This document shows positions 30,059 through 40,240 of a DNA stretch of 64,000 nucleotides, in pieces. Origin of the DNA: Candidatus Hadarchaeota archaeon (GTDB taxonomy: Archaea > CAYQAE01 > CAYVLA01). How positions within the stretch are numbered: the stretch's first letter is position 1; the number at the start of each line of letters is the position of its first letter. The notes below the pieces were generated by a model. The model made no database searches, was not told where the DNA came from, and saw nothing but the letters and a program-made list of their open reading frames with translations. The stretch is taken from the NCBI GenBank assembly GCA_964452145.1, contig CAYVLA010000005.1, positions 1 through 64,000 on the forward strand. The letters are read 5' to 3'. Made by a program: the position numbers and the translations under genes.

Positions 30059-31564
30059 CTAGCTCGGGCTCGCCTCCGCGTCGAACCAGAAGGAATACAG
30101 CTCGGCTTCCTTGAGCCAGAAGTGCAGCCTTACCGCCCTGCCCTTCAGATCATGGAAGTCCTCATGGTCCGTCCATCCCATCATGGCATCGGTCGAATCT
30201 CCCGTGAAGACCGATCCCTCGTCAAATCCCCAGGAGGGGAGCCACTGCCCATCATCCACCCCATCACCGCTGCGAACGGCGGCCCTGGTGTAACCACCAT
30301 CCGCGGTCTTCGCATTCAGGTGCAGCCTGCCGCCGGGACACAGCAATGGTTTGGTCAGCATGTACCCTATCGTTGGCGTGCCGAGGGATACGAATCCATC
30401 CCGACGAAGTGTGGCCAAACAGAAGCTGACCTTGAGGTTCGGATCCCAGTGAAGCCCTTCGTAGCCCAGATAGTAGATGTAGAGCTTGTCGCCTCGCTCC
30501 ACAATCCCCTGGCTGACCGTGATCATTCCCCAGTCAGGATCGATCCCCCAGACTCCGTTCTCAAGGAAGGTGGGTCTCTGCGGATGCCTCTCCCAGCGGA
30601 TTCCATCCCGGCTCCATGCCAGCTGCACATCCATCTGTTCCGGCTTCCCGATGCGTCCATCCTTCCATATCCGGGGCCCGGTCTTGTACCCCGCGTTGAC
30701 AGCGTAGTACATGTGGAGGAAGCCGATGTAGATGCCCTGATAGGGCACAACGGTCAGGTCGTAGAGAAACGGGGGGTCCAGTTCGTCTGGATCGAACAGG
30801 ACCACGGGCTGAGTCCATGAGCTGAGATCCTTGCTCTCCGAGTATGCCATCCTCCGTATTTCGTGTGCATTCACCGTGGCTCGCCTGTATTGCATGAAGA
30901 CCTCTCTGCCCGGGTTGTATACCACGTTGTTGTAGGTGTCGCTGCGCCCCCTGATGGCTGGATTCTCCGGCTGGTCTGCGAAATGGATTTCATCCTGGCT
31001 CAACGCCACTCGCACCTCGCCCGTGTGGCTACCCTCCGGCGACCATGAATAGAGCATCGCGAACCTGCCCTTGGACGCAAGGCATGGTGGAAGCATGATG
31101 ACGCTGGCTGAGTTGAGGTAGCCCCCTCCGCCGGCCCAGAAGAGGTTATTTGCCTTGCTACCTTCCCAATCCACGATTCCCAGCTCCGGACGGTTGAAAT
31201 GGATCCCGTCGATCGACTCGTAGTAGATGCCCATCCCGATCTGCTTTCCCTCGACCTTCCCGTAGAGGCAGGTCCAGAAGCGTATCTTATCTTCATCATC
31301 AATAAGGCATCCAGCGGTAAGCTTGCAGCCCGTTTCCCAGGACTTGTCGGGCTTGATCAGCGGATTGCCCTCGTACTTGTCGGGCTTGTGAACGGTCCTG
31401 AAGCAGTTCCAAGTCGTGTCAACCACATGTCTGTCCATGAGCAACTGACGAACGCTGCCGACGCGAACCGGCTCCGATGGAACTATGCTGTGGGACCCAG
31501 CTATCAGGCGATTAGGGTGGAAATAGGGCCTGCCATCATCGAGGATCTTCTTCATCCAAGTCAA
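30059..31564 (-). CDS. Five-bladed beta-propeller glycoside hydrolase-like protein (GH32/43-like)
   Basis: RQLLMD, NPLIKPDKSWE, ES.DGIHF.RP.LG, WSRDGIRW, LATLRRDGFVSL and AELYSFWF. Confidence 0.7.
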   Translation of the reverse strand: MTWMKKILDDGRPYFHPNRLIAGSHSIVPSEPVRVGSVRQLLMDRHVVDTTWNCFRTVHKPDKYEGNPLIKPDKSWETGCKLTAGCLIDDEDKIRFWTCLYGKVEGKQIGMGIYYESIDGIHFNRPELGIVDWEGSKANNLFWAGGGGYLNSASVIMLPPCLASKGRFAMLYSWSPEGSHTGEVRVALSQDEIHFADQPENPAIRGRSDTYNNVVYNPGREVFMQYRRATVNAHEIRRMAYSESKDLSSWTQPVVLFDPDELDPPFLYDLTVVPYQGIYIGFLHMYYAVNAGYKTGPRIWKDGRIGKPEQMDVQLAWSRDGIRWERHPQRPTFLENGVWGIDPDWGMITVSQGIVERGDKLYIYYLGYEGLHWDPNLKVSFCLATLRRDGFVSLGTPTIGYMLTKPLLCPGGRLHLNAKTADGGYTRAAVRSGDGVDDGQWLPSWGFDEGSVFTGDSTDAMMGWTDHEDFHDLKGRAVRLHFWLKEAELYSFWFDAEASPS

Positions 31565-31919
31565 GGAGATCGGTGGCTCTGCTCGCCGAACCAGATAAAT
31601 CCATTCCCTAGTGTAGTGGTAGTGGACCTTGACACTTCAACGTAGCAGCCATCCTGTTCGTGCCGATATTCTTCTTCTGAGGCCTTGCTGAGAGGGCAGT
31701 TCAACCACGAGGCACCAAAACTTAGTACTGCAACGGCGAAGTTGTGGGTCGGCTGATCCCGAGTCCGTCTGCGCCTCAGGGGGCCATCGACTGCGAATCA
31801 GATCTAGGATGACAGAGGGGTCGGTTAGGCCGTGGATGGGGGGCTGGGAGGTTTGGGTGCCCCGCTGTCCGAAGCACATATCTGGATAGTCTGGCACATC
31901 CGGAACCGAGGGGCTGATC

Positions 31920-33236
31920 GTGTCCGCAGAGAACACACGTGGGCATGTGCCTATGACCAACCCGGAGGGCGTTCTTGCCCTACACGAGACGGACTACGGG
32001 CACTCCGTCAGCTGGGTCCACCTGGGCGGGGAACGCATACTGATGCTCGTCAAGGGCGGAGCATTCCGAACCTCTGACGATGGCGGCCTGACTTGGTCAG
32101 AGGAGTTTCGAGGCCTTGACGAAAGGGGCGATGGCGTTCGGAATGCCACCGCACTCGTCAGTCTGGGTGGCACAGGAGTGGGTCTAGTCGCCCAACACAG
32201 GCCCCAGGAAGCGGCAAACTTCTATGACCAGCAGCTGCTCTTCCGGCGAAGCGACGATGAAGGTAGGACTTGGTCGGAGGCGAAGATCGTGAACCCAAGG
32301 GGGCCTGCCGCCTTCGTATGGCAGGACATGCTGCTGCGCACCAGCTCGGGAAGGATCATACTGCCAGCGTATCTCAGCATCGGCCAGGGAAGCTTCCAGC
32401 AGGAGGGCACGGGGTTCGTGGGAGGATTCGTCAACGGCAATTTCGTCTCGACCGATGCCCACTTCCTCGACCCCCACTTCGGTGCGAGCTTGGTCTTCTA
32501 CAGCGACGACGAGGGGAGTACCTGGAAGAGGAATAGAGATGGCGAGCTCTTCGTGGTTCTGGAGCCCGGCGGCCCCTTCCAATCCACATTTGAACCTTCC
32601 GTGACCGAGGTCGCCCCCAACAAACTGTATATGATAATGCGCACCAACCTCGGCCGATATTTCCAGGCATGGTCCTACGATTGCGGAGAGACTTGGACCC
32701 GGCCGCAACCCAGCCATCTGGCCGGTACGCATGCACCGGCGCAGGTTCGCACACTGCCCAACGGCCATCTGCTGTGCGTCTTCACTCAGCAAAGCGAGGA
32801 GGAGATCCGCAGGGGTTTCATCCGCAGCAGGTTGTCCTCCGCGGTGAGCTGCACTGGCGGCAAGGTATGGGAGCATTTCCAGAATGTTGAGTCAATTCAC
32901 CCCGAGCCGTACGTACCCCCGGGCCCCATCGCCAACATCCGCCCGGAGGGACGTTTCTCGGTCGCCGAGGCAGGCAACCCCGAAGGGGATGCTAGATTCA
33001 TCACGCCTCTGCCCGTTGGATATGGCAGATGGTCCTATCCGTCGGTCCTAGTCCTGAAGGACAGGGTGCTGATCGCCCACACGTACTCCTGGCACGATGA
33101 GATGGGTAGGAGACGCGGCATCAAGCAGGGTTGCAACGCAAGGATCAAGGTTCTGCCTCTGTCTTGGCTGTATGGGGGAAGGGAACCCTACGACAACCTG
33201 GATCTCCTCAAGCTGCAAGAGGCCGCGAGACCGTAG
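31920..33236 (+). CDS. Sialidase-family (BNR/Asp-box) protein
   Basis: Asp-boxes SDDGGLTW, SDDEGRTW, SDDEGSTW and SYDCGETW; EPSV, MRT and SYPS. Confidence 0.85.
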   Translation: MSAENTRGHVPMTNPEGVLALHETDYGHSVSWVHLGGERILMLVKGGAFRTSDDGGLTWSEEFRGLDERGDGVRNATALVSLGGTGVGLVAQHRPQEAANFYDQQLLFRRSDDEGRTWSEAKIVNPRGPAAFVWQDMLLRTSSGRIILPAYLSIGQGSFQQEGTGFVGGFVNGNFVSTDAHFLDPHFGASLVFYSDDEGSTWKRNRDGELFVVLEPGGPFQSTFEPSVTEVAPNKLYMIMRTNLGRYFQAWSYDCGETWTRPQPSHLAGTHAPAQVRTLPNGHLLCVFTQQSEEEIRRGFIRSRLSSAVSCTGGKVWEHFQNVESIHPEPYVPPGPIANIRPEGRFSVAEAGNPEGDARFITPLPVGYGRWSYPSVLVLKDRVLIAHTYSWHDEMGRRRGIKQGCNARIKVLPLSWLYGGREPYDNLDLLKLQEAARP

Positions 33237-33575
33237 CCAACGGGCCAATCATTGGCCTTGTTCAGGTCATTCATCAGATCTGCAAGATGGGCGGCACCGA
33301 TGTGCCCAGGCCACCGGCCCGATCATCTCACCACTGTTTCTCGTCAGCGGCTTCCATTGGACGATCTGCAACGCCAGCTCCTCGGCCCCGATATCGCTGT
33401 CTCTCCTTCATCTGTCGATGTGAGGTGTCCTCTTTTCCCTTACAGCCCCCTGTCTTCGCCGTCTTTGCATAGCGTGGACGAAGTCTGAGTCATCGAATGC
33501 TGCGGATTCTTCTACCTATAGTGCAGAGGGCCCGCAGGGCATGTTGATACCGTTCGGGTACCGAGCGCGATGGGC

Positions 33576-34577
33576 TCAGGCCTTGTCCTTCAGCCAGGGC
33601 ATCATCGCCCTTATCCGGGCCCCGACCCCCTCTATTGGGTGCTCGGATTCAAGCCTCTCCAAAGCCTTGAACGACGGCCTGCCCGCCTGGTTCTCCAGTA
33701 TCCATTCCCGGGCAAACTCGCCTGTCTGTATCTCGTCCAAGATCGTCCACATCTCGTCTCTCACCGACTCGTCTATGACGCGTCTGCCCCGCGTCATGTC
33801 GCCGTACTCGGCCGTGTCCGAGACCCGCCTCCTCATCCCCATGATGCCTTCAGCGTGTATCATGTCGACTATTAGCTTCAGCTCGTGGCAGACCTCAAGA
33901 TAGGCGCACTCCGGCTGATACCCCGCCTCCACGAGGACATCGAACCCTGCCTTGACCAGCTCCGAGACCCCGCCGCAAAGGACGCATTGCTCTCCGAAGA
34001 GGTCGGTCTCCGTTTCCTCGGCGAAGCTGGTTTCCAGGACCCCGGCCCTGGAGCATCCCAAGCCCTTCGCATATGCCAGGGCCATCTGCAAGGCCTTGCC
34101 GGTAGCGTCCTGATGGACTGCCACCAGGGCTGGGACGCCTTTGCCCTGCTCGTACATCCTGCGCACCAAGCTGCCCGGCCCCTTGGGGGCTATCATGAAC
34201 ACGTCCACGTCCTTGGGTGGCTCGATCTGGTGGTAGTGGATGTTGAATCCGTGGGCGAAGACCAATGCCTTTCCCGCTTGGAGATTGGGTGCAATATCGC
34301 TTTTGTAGACTCTCGGCTGGACATCGTCCTGGGTGAGAAGGGCGATGACATCGGCTGCCTTCGCCAACTCCGAAGTCGTCATTACCCTCCACCCCATCCC
34401 CTCAGCCCTCCTCCAAGCCTCGCTACCCGGAAGTTCGCTAACTATGACATTCACTCCGCTGTCCTTAAGGTTCATGGAGTGGGCGCTTCCCTGTATTCCC
34501 GCACCGCCCACGATCCCGACCGTCTTGCCTTTCAGGTGGCCGAGGTCGGCGTCCTTGTCGTAGTATATGACGGCCAT
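33576..34577 (-). CDS. ilvC: Ketol-acid reductoisomerase (class I)
   Basis: [29 protein letters not shown] and SDTAEYG. Confidence 0.97.
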   Translation of the reverse strand: MAVIYYDKDADLGHLKGKTVGIVGGAGIQGSAHSMNLKDSGVNVIVSELPGSEAWRRAEGMGWRVMTTSELAKAADVIALLTQDDVQPRVYKSDIAPNLQAGKALVFAHGFNIHYHQIEPPKDVDVFMIAPKGPGSLVRRMYEQGKGVPALVAVHQDATGKALQMALAYAKGLGCSRAGVLETSFAEETETDLFGEQCVLCGGVSELVKAGFDVLVEAGYQPECAYLEVCHELKLIVDMIHAEGIMGMRRRVSDTAEYGDMTRGRRVIDESVRDEMWTILDEIQTGEFAREWILENQAGRPSFKALERLESEHPIEGVGARIRAMMPWLKDKA

Positions 34578-34724
34578 TCACATCCTCGGACGGCCCTCCT
34601 GATCCCGACTTATAACTATAACCAGCTCTGCAGCTCTGCATCCAGTCCTTGGACCAGCGCGGGCCGGGAGGGTCTACGGTGTGCTTGCTGGAATGCAAAA
34701 GAGAAATCAAGGCTGGGCGAAAGC

Positions 34725-35618
34725 ATGGTCACCATGTTCAGTGAGATCGGAGTCTCAACCTGGTGTTGCGTGGATCGACCCATAGGACAGGCTCTCATAC
34801 TCATCGAGGAGGCTGGATACCGCAGGATCGAGATCTGGGGCGACGATCCCATACACTTCGATCCGGATAACCCCGAAGCCGTTGCGAGCCTCAAGGACCG
34901 GATCTCGTCAACGACCCTTGAGGCGGAATCGCTGCATGCCCCCTTCGGCAGGCACATGGATATATCAAGCCCGGACGAATCCACGAGGACTAGCGCCGTC
35001 AGACACGTTGTTGGGTATCTCCAGGTGGCCAGGGATCTCTCCCTTAACTACCTTGTGATCCATCCGGGCCACCTCATGCAGCATGGAGAAGAGCCCGAGA
35101 GGTACAGAATGGCGGTTCGGAGTCTGGAGGCGATCTGCCCACAGGCCCGGGACCGGGGGGTGGAGGTCTGCGTCGAGAACCTTATCAGTGGTCCCATAGT
35201 CTCAGAGTCTTGGCCTGAAGGATATCCCGCCAAAGCAGCTTTCAGGGGCCACGATCTCCTCGTCTTCTGCGACACGCTTCCCAAGGTGTTGCATCTGGTG
35301 AGATCGGTGGAAGGCGTTTGCCCCGGGATCTGCGTCGACACCAGCCACGCAAACGTCATGGGAAACGTGGCGGAGGAGATAGAGATATGCGGAGATGCGA
35401 TTCGCCGCACGCACATCTCCGACAACTTCGGCCAGAAGGACGACCACCTCCCGCCAGGCGACGGCGAGATCGAATGGAGATCTGTCCTGCGAAGCCTTGA
35501 TCGGATCCGTTACTCAGGCACCCTCCTCTTGGAGGTGGCCGGTGGCGATGATCCGGCATCAAGAGTCTCCCGGGCAAGACTAAGTATGAGCGCCATGCTT
35601 TCAGGTTGGAGGAGCTGA
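34725..35618 (+). CDS. Sugar phosphate isomerase/epimerase (xylose isomerase-like TIM barrel)
   Basis: SLHAPF, VIHPG, VENL, CVDTSHA, HISDN.G..DDHLPPGDG.IEW and LEV. Confidence 0.88.
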   Translation: MVTMFSEIGVSTWCCVDRPIGQALILIEEAGYRRIEIWGDDPIHFDPDNPEAVASLKDRISSTTLEAESLHAPFGRHMDISSPDESTRTSAVRHVVGYLQVARDLSLNYLVIHPGHLMQHGEEPERYRMAVRSLEAICPQARDRGVEVCVENLISGPIVSESWPEGYPAKAAFRGHDLLVFCDTLPKVLHLVRSVEGVCPGICVDTSHANVMGNVAEEIEICGDAIRRTHISDNFGQKDDHLPPGDGEIEWRSVLRSLDRIRYSGTLLLEVAGGDDPASRVSRARLSMSAMLSGWRS

Positions 35619-35619
35619 C

Positions 35620-36501
35620 ATGGCCGTGAACGTCCTCTCGGGCTACTTCAGCAGACCTATCAGGATCGTGGACGCACACATCCATTTCTGGTCACAGAAT
35701 GACGTACCGCTAATCCTCGGTGAGGTGAGACGGCTCGGCATCGAGAAGGTATGTGCATCATCCCTGGCTGACTGGGACTGGTCAGCGGCCGAGGACCCAC
35801 ATGCGGGGAACTCGATGGTTTTTGCCGCCGCCGATGGGAACCCCGAGGTTCTGGGCTATGTCTACGTGGATCCTAGGTACAGGCAGCAAGCCCTGGATGA
35901 GATCGATAGGTTCATAGGGCATCCAGCCATGATCGGGATCAAGCTCTGGATTTCCTGCCCGGCCAATGACCCAGTCATTCACCCCCTTGTCGAGGTGGCT
36001 GCCGAGGAGGGACTGGCAGTCCTCGTCCATGCATGGAGAAGAGGCACCAGGCTCTCCAGAGGCTACCAGACCCTTCCCTGCCAGGTGGCCGAGCTGGCAT
36101 CCTGCTTTCCGGATGTGGCATTCATAATGGCGCACGTGGGCGGCGACTGGGAGCAGGGCGCTTGGGAGGTTGCCGACCAGAAGAACGTCTGCGTGGACAC
36201 CTGCGGCTCCATCAACGAGGCCGGGATGGTCGAAACCGCGGTGGAAGCCCTTGGAGCCCGCAGGGTCCTCTACGGATCGGACGCGCCGGGTTCGGGTTTT
36301 CTATCCAACCTTGGCAAGATCGTGTCGGCCAGGATCACGGAGGAGGAGAAGGAGCTTGTCCTATCAGGCAACATGGACAGGCTGCTCCAAGGCCTCCATC
36401 GACCGGCTAAAGACGGAGGTTCCGCAAGCGTGGTTCTCGCCCGTGATCGTGGATCAGGCGCGGTAGCAGGTCTGGGCAGGAAAGGTCGCGACCTTGACTA
36501 G
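35620..36501 (+). CDS. Amidohydrolase family protein
   Basis: DAHIH, GIKLW, LVHAW, MAHVGG and LYGSDAP. Confidence 0.88.
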   Translation: MAVNVLSGYFSRPIRIVDAHIHFWSQNDVPLILGEVRRLGIEKVCASSLADWDWSAAEDPHAGNSMVFAAADGNPEVLGYVYVDPRYRQQALDEIDRFIGHPAMIGIKLWISCPANDPVIHPLVEVAAEEGLAVLVHAWRRGTRLSRGYQTLPCQVAELASCFPDVAFIMAHVGGDWEQGAWEVADQKNVCVDTCGSINEAGMVETAVEALGARRVLYGSDAPGSGFLSNLGKIVSARITEEEKELVLSGNMDRLLQGLHRPAKDGGSASVVLARDRGSGAVAGLGRKGRDLD

Positions 36502-37753
36502 GCCCTTCGGGAACGGCGATCGTGTGCATCCCATACAGGCCACGGCCTCGATGACGATCCTCTTGATCCTGATGAGTTCGTGCGGAGCTGGGGAGAGACC
36601 TGGAAAGATCAAGGTGCTGGGCCTGGCCAAGGGCCACGAGTCCACCGTTCTCGTCTCGTGGTTCACCGCAGAGCCCTCCACTGATCCCCTGATCATTGCA
36701 ACTCGGGGCGACCAATGGGCGATGGGATCCGATATTCAGAGATACATGAGGATCTACTTTCCTAGAAACCACCAGGAGCTTCTCCGATACGAGTTCATCA
36801 TCATGGCCCAGGTTGACCTGAGCTTCGTCACCGCCGAGCAGCAGAGTTGGATGTACGATGCCTTCACCAACCATGCCAAGGGCGGGGTGAACACTCGAAG
36901 CGTGATGAGCGCCCTTTCCCCGTTCAAGGAGTTGTGGAGAGACAGCATCCTCTCGAAGGCCTTCCCAAACGACGTCGACGCGGTGCTGGCCTACGAGGGC
37001 GAAGGAGCCCAGGGTGCAATCAAGATCGTGGATGACCCCGGTCTCCCGAACATAATGAGATCCTTCAAGCCCTACATAGAACCGATCTTCCCGACCCACG
37101 GAGGCCTTGTGACCGTGCCCCGGCCAGGCTCGCGCATACTATCCTACATGCTGGATCGAAGCTGGCCGGGCCCGCCGGCACCCGGTCAGGTTGGCCATGT
37201 CTTCTACTGGCACTGGAACAAGTCTGTCACATTCACCTTTGAGGACATGGTCACATGGGATTTCTGGAAGGGCCGAGAGCGATGGAACCCCTACGCCCTG
37301 GACATCATCGCCAACATAGTGTGGTTCAGCACCGGGAGGGACCTGCCGCCTGACCCCATCAGGATCCACGAACTCAGGCGGGATCTGTTCAACTTCCGCA
37401 TCCGGCGATCCATTCTGATGAGCCTTCTGGATTTTGCAGAGAAGTTCGGGGCCAACCCTTCAAACTTGTATGCCAAGCTGGTCGGGGTGGACGAGATGAT
37501 GGGGCAAGGCGGAGCTCTTTATCTTGACTGGGAGTTCGATCCGGCGGCTCAACGCATCAAGGAGGCAGTGGCAGGTTTGAGACAACTCGAGACGGAAGCA
37601 TCGGAGCTGAAGGATCGTGCGCTCTTCTGGATATTCCTCCTCGAGTGGCTTGTGACTGCCGGGGTGTCGCTCTTGGCGGGGATCGTGCTATGGTCCATCA
37701 TGGTGAGGAGGGCGCTTTACAGGGATGTAGCGACGACCAGGGGGGCAAGGTGA
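36494..37753 (+). CDS. Family A membrane protein, copy 3
   Basis: RIYFPR, KAFPND, DFAEKFGAN, ALFWIFLLEW...WSIMVRRALYRDVATTR. Confidence 0.85.
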   Translation: MTRPFGNGDRVHPIQATASMTILLILMSSCGAGERPGKIKVLGLAKGHESTVLVSWFTAEPSTDPLIIATRGDQWAMGSDIQRYMRIYFPRNHQELLRYEFIIMAQVDLSFVTAEQQSWMYDAFTNHAKGGVNTRSVMSALSPFKELWRDSILSKAFPNDVDAVLAYEGEGAQGAIKIVDDPGLPNIMRSFKPYIEPIFPTHGGLVTVPRPGSRILSYMLDRSWPGPPAPGQVGHVFYWHWNKSVTFTFEDMVTWDFWKGRERWNPYALDIIANIVWFSTGRDLPPDPIRIHELRRDLFNFRIRRSILMSLLDFAEKFGANPSNLYAKLVGVDEMMGQGGALYLDWEFDPAAQRIKEAVAGLRQLETEASELKDRALFWIFLLEWLVTAGVSLLAGIVLWSIMVRRALYRDVATTRGAR

Positions 37754-37926
37754 TGAGATGCTCCGTTGGGGTGAGATGAGCAGGACGAAGGTTGCCGCCG
37801 AACCAGCTCGGTTGCTCTGCTTTAGGCGAGCATCTGCTTGTCTCGGAGGGGCAGGACATGCCAGCACGACGGAAATCCGCCGAGTCAACAAAGTCTCGGC
37901 CGATCTGTTTGCAGGGCATCAGCTCG

Positions 37927-39144
37927 TCAGCCTAAGCGCGTCGACTTCACCATTCTGTACATCTTCCTCCTGATCATGAGAGCCCACAGAAGGGAACCCG
38001 AAAGAAACAGCGTCGACGAGGTGACCAGCCACTCCACCACGTAGACCCAGATCAGCGCTGCGTTCTTCTCCCTCCTTGCCATTTCTTCTGCCTGAGGGAA
38101 CTGGTTCAGGGCGGAGAGGATCTTTCCCTCCGAGGCCACGAACTCCTGGTCAAGGTAGTCCGCGGCGGCCATCGCGTACATCCCTTCCAATCTCCTCATC
38201 TCCTCCTCAAGTTTCAGCGTGTTCGCCCCGAACTTATCGATGAAGTCCTTGAGGGATATCAGAACGGCCATCCTCGATTTGTACTCGGCGAAGTTGGACT
38301 TGACCCTGTGGAAGACCTCTGCATCGTCGATGAGCTTCCGGGTCGTGCAGTAGAATATCATGTTCATGAGGATGTCGGGCGAATACTGGTTGGCCGATGG
38401 AGATGTTGGGTATGCGAACCAACCGTTTCCCATGAAGTCACCCGTCGTGATCGTCCTTCCCTTCTCGTAGTCCCACACGGCTATGTACGGCACCTTGCCC
38501 AGAACTGGGAAGTTGCCCTCCTGCCACGCCATGAGTCCGGCCGCCTCCCTGGGGATGACCATTCTTGATGCGGCGATACACGAGACCTGTTCGACTCCGT
38601 AGAGTACATAGGGAGTGAGGACCGGGTCGGGGAAGTCCCGGTTGATTATGACACGGTAGTAAAGCGAACCTGCCTCGCCCGCTCCCCTGGCCGCAACAGC
38701 CTGGGCATCGTTGGGAAAGGCCTTCGCGGTGAGCGAGTTGGCCCAAGCTAGGTGGATCTGGGCAACGATGCTGAAAACGCTCCCATCGTTGATTCCTCCT
38801 GTTCCCTCCTTGATGGCCTCGTACATCCATTGGTCCTGCTTGGGTGTGAAGAGATTGTACTCGGGCTGGGCCAGCATTATGAAATCGAAGGTTTTCATTT
38901 CCTCCAATGTGCGGGGGAAGTAGAGCCTGATGAGCTTGAGCAGATCATCCTGCCGAAGTAGCCTTTCGTCTCGGGAAGGCACTGGCACCCACACGACCAG
39001 CGGCTCGACCCGGAAGAACCTCTCCACGGCGTCGAGCAGTCCCACATTGCCGGTGGCAAGCAACTTGATCCTTTTGGCGTCAACTCCGGTGTCAACAATG
39101 ACGAGGCACAGAACAATCAGGAGAACCCGGAACGCCAACTTCAC
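37927..39144 (-). CDS. Family A membrane protein, copy 4
   Basis: RLYFPR, KAFPND, DFIDKFGAN, ALIWVYVVEW...WALMIRRKMYRMVKSTR. The GTG start lies about 27 nt below a TTTATAT box. Confidence 0.85.
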   Translation of the reverse strand: MKLAFRVLLIVLCLVIVDTGVDAKRIKLLATGNVGLLDAVERFFRVEPLVVWVPVPSRDERLLRQDDLLKLIRLYFPRTLEEMKTFDFIMLAQPEYNLFTPKQDQWMYEAIKEGTGGINDGSVFSIVAQIHLAWANSLTAKAFPNDAQAVAARGAGEAGSLYYRVIINRDFPDPVLTPYVLYGVEQVSCIAASRMVIPREAAGLMAWQEGNFPVLGKVPYIAVWDYEKGRTITTGDFMGNGWFAYPTSPSANQYSPDILMNMIFYCTTRKLIDDAEVFHRVKSNFAEYKSRMAVLISLKDFIDKFGANTLKLEEEMRRLEGMYAMAAADYLDQEFVASEGKILSALNQFPQAEEMARREKNAALIWVYVVEWLVTSSTLFLSGSLLWALMIRRKMYRMVKSTRLG

Positions 39145-39169
39145 GTTTGCGCCCAACCGTCCGCGGTCA

Positions 39170-39176
39170 ATATAAA
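39170..39176 (-). promoter_or_regulatory. Putative archaeal TATA box (TTTATAT) for family A copy 4, leaderless spacing
   Basis: AT-rich box in GC-rich DNA about 27 nt upstream of the GTG that begins the signal peptide. Confidence 0.55.
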
Positions 39177-39400
39177 GCTTGCCGGCCCAGGCCCAGGCCC
39201 AGGTCTGGCTCCTTGTCCCTTCAGCCGCCTCAGACTCCAACAGGGCAGATTCGAACATGTTGCACTCTGCGTAGGGCTCCGGTCTTGAGTGTGCCGTGTG
39301 TATGTGTATGCTCGTCTGCGCGTATGCGTATGCGCCGAAATAGATTTATCCAAGAATCCGCGGGTGAGGCCATCTCCCAGGGATGGACGAGGTAGTTCTG

Positions 39401-40240
39401 ATGGCTCTCGACAAGAGGGTGATCGGCCTTGCGCTGATGTCACTGATCGTGTCTGCTCTGATAGTATTCACCCTCGCCGGTGAGAGGGCCGACCAACCAG
39501 TGGAGATCCTGAAGAACCAGTACCCGTCGGTGCTACCCGCGGGCGAGACCACCTTCACGTTCTCGCTTGTTGCAAGGCAGAGAATTGCGAACCTTGAGAT
39601 AAGATTCTTGACGGCAACGCCGGTGGTTCCAGGGCAAGGCGATCTGGTCGATCCCGATCTAAGATATGGCCCGGGGGACACACCTAGGCAGGTCCTGGCC
39701 AACGTGGCCAAGCTCGTCTGGTTCACGAACAGATCGGCCGCGTTAGGGATCCATCCTTATGAGATTGCCGGAACCTTCGAACACGGAGATGCGCAATCGG
39801 CTTTCCTTCTCCAAGACTACAGCATTCCCCTACAAGCTGTACTAGGCGAGGATGCGGCACTGGTCCCGCCCCTAGTGTTCGGCGCAATCATGAACGAGAC
39901 GGGCCATGCCCGGTATCTCGAAGGCAGGCCCGACTTCTTCGCATTCCCTGGGCTGAACATCAACGTCCTCACGATTTCGCATAACGATGACGAGGTAAGG
40001 TACGTCCCCGACGAGAAGGTCTGGGAAGGCTCCGATAGGCTCCCGATGTCCCAGGCACCCAGGGGCACCCTGAAGCTTAGATCCGTCGAAAGGGATGATA
40101 CCGTAACGGTGATCGCCACAATCGATCCGAAGACCTTCCCGCCCCCTTCGTACCGAAAGGACATCGCACTGATCCAGGTGATTCTGATCTATGTAGACGG
40201 CGACCTCTTTGGCGAGCCCATAGTGAACGTGGTGAGGTGA
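39401..40240 (+). CDS. Uncharacterised protein with N-terminal membrane anchor (family B, copy 2)
   Basis: N-terminal TM. Shares LE(I/F)RF, EG..DF, QAP.GT and (V/L)DG with 8818-9669. Confidence 0.78.
   Translation: MALDKRVIGLALMSLIVSALIVFTLAGERADQPVEILKNQYPSVLPAGETTFTFSLVARQRIANLEIRFLTATPVVPGQGDLVDPDLRYGPGDTPRQVLANVAKLVWFTNRSAALGIHPYEIAGTFEHGDAQSAFLLQDYSIPLQAVLGEDAALVPPLVFGAIMNETGHARYLEGRPDFFAFPGLNINVLTISHNDDEVRYVPDEKVWEGSDRLPMSQAPRGTLKLRSVERDDTVTVIATIDPKTFPPPSYRKDIALIQVILIYVDGDLFGEPIVNVVR

Noticed and set aside
33885..34724. 577-aa ORF apparently fusing a long N-terminus to the sugar isomerase
   Set aside because: The N-terminal 280 aa is the antisense shadow of ilvC; the real gene starts at about 34725.
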